A DNA stretch of 64,000 bases from Candidatus Eiseniibacteriota bacterium (lineage in GTDB: Bacteria > Eisenbacteria > RBG-16-71-46 > CAVPCR01 > CBDCWB01): NCBI GenBank assembly GCA_965223205.1, contig OZ244990.1:2864170-2928169 (forward strand). The letters are read 5' to 3'. Below are positions 61,565 to 64,000 of this stretch, in pieces. The number at the start of each line of letters is the position of its first letter. The first letter of the stretch is position 1. A program made the position numbers and the translations under genes. The notes beneath the pieces are model-generated. The model saw only the letters and a list, made by a program, of their open reading frames with translations, searched no databases and was not told the origin of the DNA.

Positions 61565-62802
61565 GCGATGTCCAGTCGCTCGCGCTCGGTGGTGCGGTGC
61601 AAGTACTCCACCATGCGCCGGTAAGCGGCGGTGACCGCCCGCCCGCGCCGTTCCATTACCACCTGCATGGTCGCCAGGCAGTCGGGCAGGCGATAGGTCT
61701 TGCATTCGGGGGGTAAACCCCAGCTGAACGACGGCACCCAAGGGGCGCGCACCAGGCCGCCGCCGAAGACGTTGGCCGCCACCCCAACCACGGCCCCGGT
61801 GTTGAGCAACGTACCGATGCCAGTCTTGGTGTGGTCACCGATCACGGCCCCGACTTTCGCGCTGCCGGTATCGACCAGCTGACCAGCGTTCCACATCTTC
61901 ACCGATCCATAGTTGTTCTTGAGGTCGGAGTTGGTGGTCAGCGCCCCCAGGTTGACCCACTCGCCCAGATAGGCGTGGCCGATGAAGCCCTCGTGGTATT
62001 TGTTCGTGTATCCCAAGAAGATCGACTCTTCGACCTCGCCACCGACGCGGCAATGGGGCCCCAGCGTAGTGCCGCCGCGGATCTTCCCGCCGACTAACTG
62101 GGTGGCGTGGCCGATGGCCGCTGGACCTTCGACGCGGGTGTGTGGGCGCAGCACCGCTTCTGACCCCAGGATGATCGGGCCGTTGCGACTGTCCAAGCAG
62201 ACTCCCGGATCGATCTGCGCGTTGCCGGCGGTGGTCACCGCGTTGCCCAGGACGTCAACGCCGCGCAAGGCGACCAGCTTGGGCAGGGGTGGAAAGAGCT
62301 CGGCGACATCGCGCGCCAGCCACTCGCCGTTTTGGTGGATCAATTCCCAGGGGTAGGTGACCAGCGCCTCACGCGCCTCGAAGCGGCGGGTGGGCGGCAG
62401 CATGGCCGGATCGACCAGGTAGTCGTTGTCGGCGGCCGACTCCAGGAGTTGGCGGCTGCCCCGGGTGTCGAGCACACAGGCGACGAGCTGGTCCTGGTCC
62501 CAGAGGCTGGCTGGTGCAGAGCGCAGCCGGCCCGGCAGTTTGAGTGCTCCCGCCCGCGCGTTCACCCACAAGCACTCGCCGGGGGGCAAACGACGTGGGT
62601 TGACCGTACGCCCCAGCTGAGCCCGCCAGACCGCGGCCAAGTGGGGGCGCATGGTCAAGACCGCCGGTTGACCGACCGTGCGCTCGGTGCGCTCCCGAAA
62701 CGGCATGGTTCCGCAGAACAGCTCGCCCATCGGCCGGGTGTGGCTGAGTGGCAGGAAGCGCTCGGCACCGGCGTCTTCGAACACCACCAAGTGGACTGGC
62801 AT
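61561..62802 (-). CDS. Nucleotidyltransferase-like protein with C-terminal left-handed beta-helix (hexapeptide-repeat) domain; putative sugar-1-phosphate nucleotidyltransferase or acyltransferase
   Basis: C-terminal hexapeptide repeats; N-terminal region resembles an NTP-transferase fold but with a degenerate G-x-G-x-R motif (VVFEDAGAERFLPL). Only - strand gene between 9.4 and 62.8 kb. Confidence 0.7.
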   Translation of the reverse strand: MPVHLVVFEDAGAERFLPLSHTRPMGELFCGTMPFRERTERTVGQPAVLTMRPHLAAVWRAQLGRTVNPRRLPPGECLWVNARAGALKLPGRLRSAPASLWDQDQLVACVLDTRGSRQLLESAADNDYLVDPAMLPPTRRFEAREALVTYPWELIHQNGEWLARDVAELFPPLPKLVALRGVDVLGNAVTTAGNAQIDPGVCLDSRNGPIILGSEAVLRPHTRVEGPAAIGHATQLVGGKIRGGTTLGPHCRVGGEVEESIFLGYTNKYHEGFIGHAYLGEWVNLGALTTNSDLKNNYGSVKMWNAGQLVDTGSAKVGAVIGDHTKTGIGTLLNTGAVVGVAANVFGGGLVRAPWVPSFSWGLPPECKTYRLPDCLATMQVVMERRGRAVTAAYRRMVEYLHRTTERERLDIA

Positions 62803-62969
62803 GGGCTCTCCTGGTCGGTGCTAGGGACGGCGCAGTGTAACACCAAGGGCGCCGCCCAAAATTTTGCTGCGCCAGAATCTTGCGCTACGATCTACGGGTA
62901 TGGACGGTCGTGGCGGCCTTGCTCATCGTGGTGAGCGCCCCGCCGTCTCCCATCCGACGAGGAGTATTC

Positions 62970-63719
62970 ATGCAAGTGCGACGTTTCGAGATCGCTGTAA
63001 CTTTGTGCGCGCTCTTGGCCTGGAGCGCGTTGGCGTTGGCCGGCGACGAGTCCGCCACCCGCGCCGAGGCCAGCCAGGACGCTCCGCCCGCCGGCGCGGC
63101 GCGCAGTGCAGATCCGCGCGAGCAGCTCATCCAGGGGCTCGAGGCCGAGCTAGCTGAGGACCCGAAAAATGCCGAACTGCACTACAAACTCGGCAATGCC
63201 AACTTGGACGCCGGCTACAACCGCGTGGCTCTCGATCACTTTGACGAAGCCTTGAGCCTCGACTCCAGCATGTCGCGCGCCTGGGTCAACAAAGGCGTGG
63301 TGCTCAAGGAGTTGAACCGCCACGAAGAGGCAATCGCGGCGTTTGAGAAGGCGTTGGAACTCGACCCCGAGGACCCCTTGGCGCACGTCAATCTGGGTGA
63401 CGAGTACCTGCTCCAGAAACGCTATGGGGAAGCGGTCGATGCCTACCGGCAAGCCCTGAAGATTGATCCCAAGTGCGCGCCAGCCTACTACTCGTTGGCC
63501 ATTTCTTTCGCTGAGACCGGCATGTACCGCGATGCTGCGCGCACCTGGAAGAAGTGCGCCGAAGTCGCCGAGGCATCGCAGGGCGCCGACTCGGACACCT
63601 ACAAGCGCGCTACCGAGAACGCCAAGCTGATGGAGCAAATCGTCGCCGACGCCGAAGAGCAGCTCAAGGAGCGCCAGGATCTGGCGGACGAGTTGAAGGC
63701 CAAAGAAGACGCCGAGTAG
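62970..63719 (+). CDS. Secreted TPR-repeat protein
   Basis: GAGGAG ribosome-binding site 5 nt before the ATG at 62970; signal peptide MQVRRFEIAVTLCALLAWSALALA; at least four TPR motifs; acidic coiled-coil C-terminus. The ORF-track TTG at 62880 is an upstream extension. Confidence 0.75.
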   Translation: MQVRRFEIAVTLCALLAWSALALAGDESATRAEASQDAPPAGAARSADPREQLIQGLEAELAEDPKNAELHYKLGNANLDAGYNRVALDHFDEALSLDSSMSRAWVNKGVVLKELNRHEEAIAAFEKALELDPEDPLAHVNLGDEYLLQKRYGEAVDAYRQALKIDPKCAPAYYSLAISFAETGMYRDAARTWKKCAEVAEASQGADSDTYKRATENAKLMEQIVADAEEQLKERQDLADELKAKEDAE

Positions 63720-63722
63720 CGC

Positions 63723-64000
63723 TTACTCGGTGTCCAGCTTCCAGATGATGCCGGCCGTGACCCCGAAAGCGTCGTGGGTAGCAGGGTCGCCCATGTTGAA
63801 TTCGGGCAGCGAATCGATGACCAGCGCGTAACGGAGCGCCGCGTCGAAGTCGAAACGCGATTGGGGACGCGCCATCAGGACGCCGGCCCGCACTTCGGCC
63901 ATGGGGAAGAGCGTGGTGATGTCGTCGTACTCGAAGAAACTGGCGTCTAAGTCTTCAAAGTCGGCGGCAATGAGCGCTACCCCACCGGAGCCGCCGACGT
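63723..64000 (-). CDS. 3' end of a - strand gene running off the right edge of the window (hypothetical protein ending ...AGIIWKLDTE)
   Basis: Open frame on the - strand across 63726-64000 with GC-rich third positions, terminated by TAA (reverse complement of 63723-63725). No start in the window, so it is absent from the ORF track. Weak evidence. Confidence 0.35.
   Translation of the reverse strand, partial: VGGSGGVALIAADFEDLDASFFEYDDITTLFPMAEVRAGVLMARPQSRFDFDAALRYALVIDSLPEFNMGDPATHDAFGVTAGIIWKLDTE

Overview
High-GC (~68%) bacterial chromosomal window, densely coding, with no mobile elements, CRISPR arrays, rRNA or tRNA genes detected. From about 9.4 kb to 61.5 kb every gene I call is on the + strand. 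Main content, in order: a 5'-truncated DAHP synthase; an efflux adaptor with two FtsX-type permeases; two tandem paralogous secreted proteins (- strand) whose C-terminus looks like the self-cleaving chaperone domain of phage tail fibres; a complete pyrimidine operon (pyrR-pyrB-pyrC-carA-carB-[TPR lipoprotein]-pyrK-pyrD-pyrF) with a PyrR-type leader attenuator; a polysaccharide biosynthesis/export locus; serS; a PorY/PorX-like two-component pair (receiver fused to a PglZ phosphatase-like domain); tsaE-tsaB-rimI, accD-folC, a ROK kinase, a very large LptD, HU; cystathionine beta-synthase plus gamma-lyase; ligA and a full Tol-Pal cluster; a ComM/YifB ATPase. The most unusual locus is at 41941-43293: a secreted phosphoesterase-like/tetrahaem cytochrome c gene whose reading frame is interrupted by a single in-frame TGA directly after the signal peptide, which is either a selenocysteine codon or a very recent nonsense lesion. 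All calls rest on reading the six-frame translations and the sequence by eye; no database search was run, so family assignments are recognition-based and start codons are approximate.
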